Shown here in pieces: positions 63,363 to 64,000 of a DNA stretch of 64,000 bases. The notes under the pieces were generated by a model, which did not search any database, was not told the DNA's origin, and saw only the letters and a list, made by a program, of their open reading frames with translations. Numbering within the stretch: the first letter of the stretch is position 1; each line of letters begins with the position of its first letter. Position numbers and translations under genes: made by a program. This DNA is from Klebsormidium nitens (lineage: Eukaryota; Plantae; Klebsormidiophyceae), in assembly GCA_000708835.1 (NCBI GenBank), contig DF237203.1:1-64000 (forward strand), in the 5' to 3' direction.

Positions 63363-64000
63363 CTGGGAAGAAGCGCAACCAGTCAGGGACAATGGGCGGA
63401 AACTAGACGTGAATTTAATGCCTGGCTACGTCGTTGCTTTAGAGGCCCCTGAGTGCGTTACATTTGATCTGCGCGATCTCAAAACCGGTGATACTGCTTC
63501 CTTCGGGCGTCTTCACATCGCCCCTCAAAGTTGGACGGGTCGTCCCGAATCTGCATAGGACGTCAGCTTTGTGTTTTCGGGAGGCCAGCAGTGAAGTCCT
63601 ATCAAATGGCGGGAAAAATGTATCATGGAAAGGTCGGTAGAAGGGGAATGAGATCACGGCCGTGCTGACTCGTTTCCGATTGGCTTTGTTGCAAAGAATG
63701 AAACGGGAGAAGCCTTTGGAGGTCGAGAGAAGACGTCCTCTGATAAAAAGGACAGCCGCCTGGAAGGTTTGCAATCTGCCTTCCAGATGTCGAATGAAGA
63801 AACATGGTCCTCATATGTCGAGATTCATGAAGGGGGTCCTGTCGAAGAGGGTTCACTTCATGGTCGTGTGGCACCGGACCGACAGCAAATGTTCTTCACC
63901 GGACACAGAAGGACTTCAATATCATTATCTGTCTCATGAAGAGACGATTGTGAAACTGGGCAACTCAGGTGATACGGTTGTGCTAACATTAGGCCCCCGA

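Overview
Eukaryotic nuclear DNA from an intron-rich green alga, probably an early streptophyte (Klebsormidium-like). This is inferred from plant-type orthologues, GC-rich exons, roughly 100-700 bp introns and TTTAGGG telo-boxes. I reconstructed 15 spliced protein-coding genes by hand, and the splice phases are frame-consistent in all of them. In order they are: plastid-type accD relocated to the nucleus (+), LAG1 ceramide synthase (-), P-class PPR protein (+), CcdA (-), glutamine-dependent NAD synthetase (+), MnmA (-), Pkr1-like membrane protein (-), an unidentified 302-aa protein (+), choline/ethanolamine kinase (-), UGNT1-like nucleotide-sugar transporter (+), mitochondrial-type L36 (-), RPI4-like protein (+), TH2-like TenA-HAD protein (-), pheophytinase-like hydrolase (+) and the 3' part of an importin alpha (-). 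The window also holds a 5'-truncated non-LTR retrotransposon, a 325-bp TA-flanked MITE inside an intron, two assembly gaps and about 5.7 kb of decayed coding-like DNA at the left end. The main findings are: (1) Pkr1 and MnmA are only 66 nt apart, in frame, and are the only break in an otherwise strict strand alternation, which suggests a bicistronic or overlapping unit; (2) accD is nuclear, has introns and carries an acquired transit peptide; (3) the TH2-like protein appears to have lost the TenA catalytic Cys. Product names come from recalled motif similarity, not database searches.
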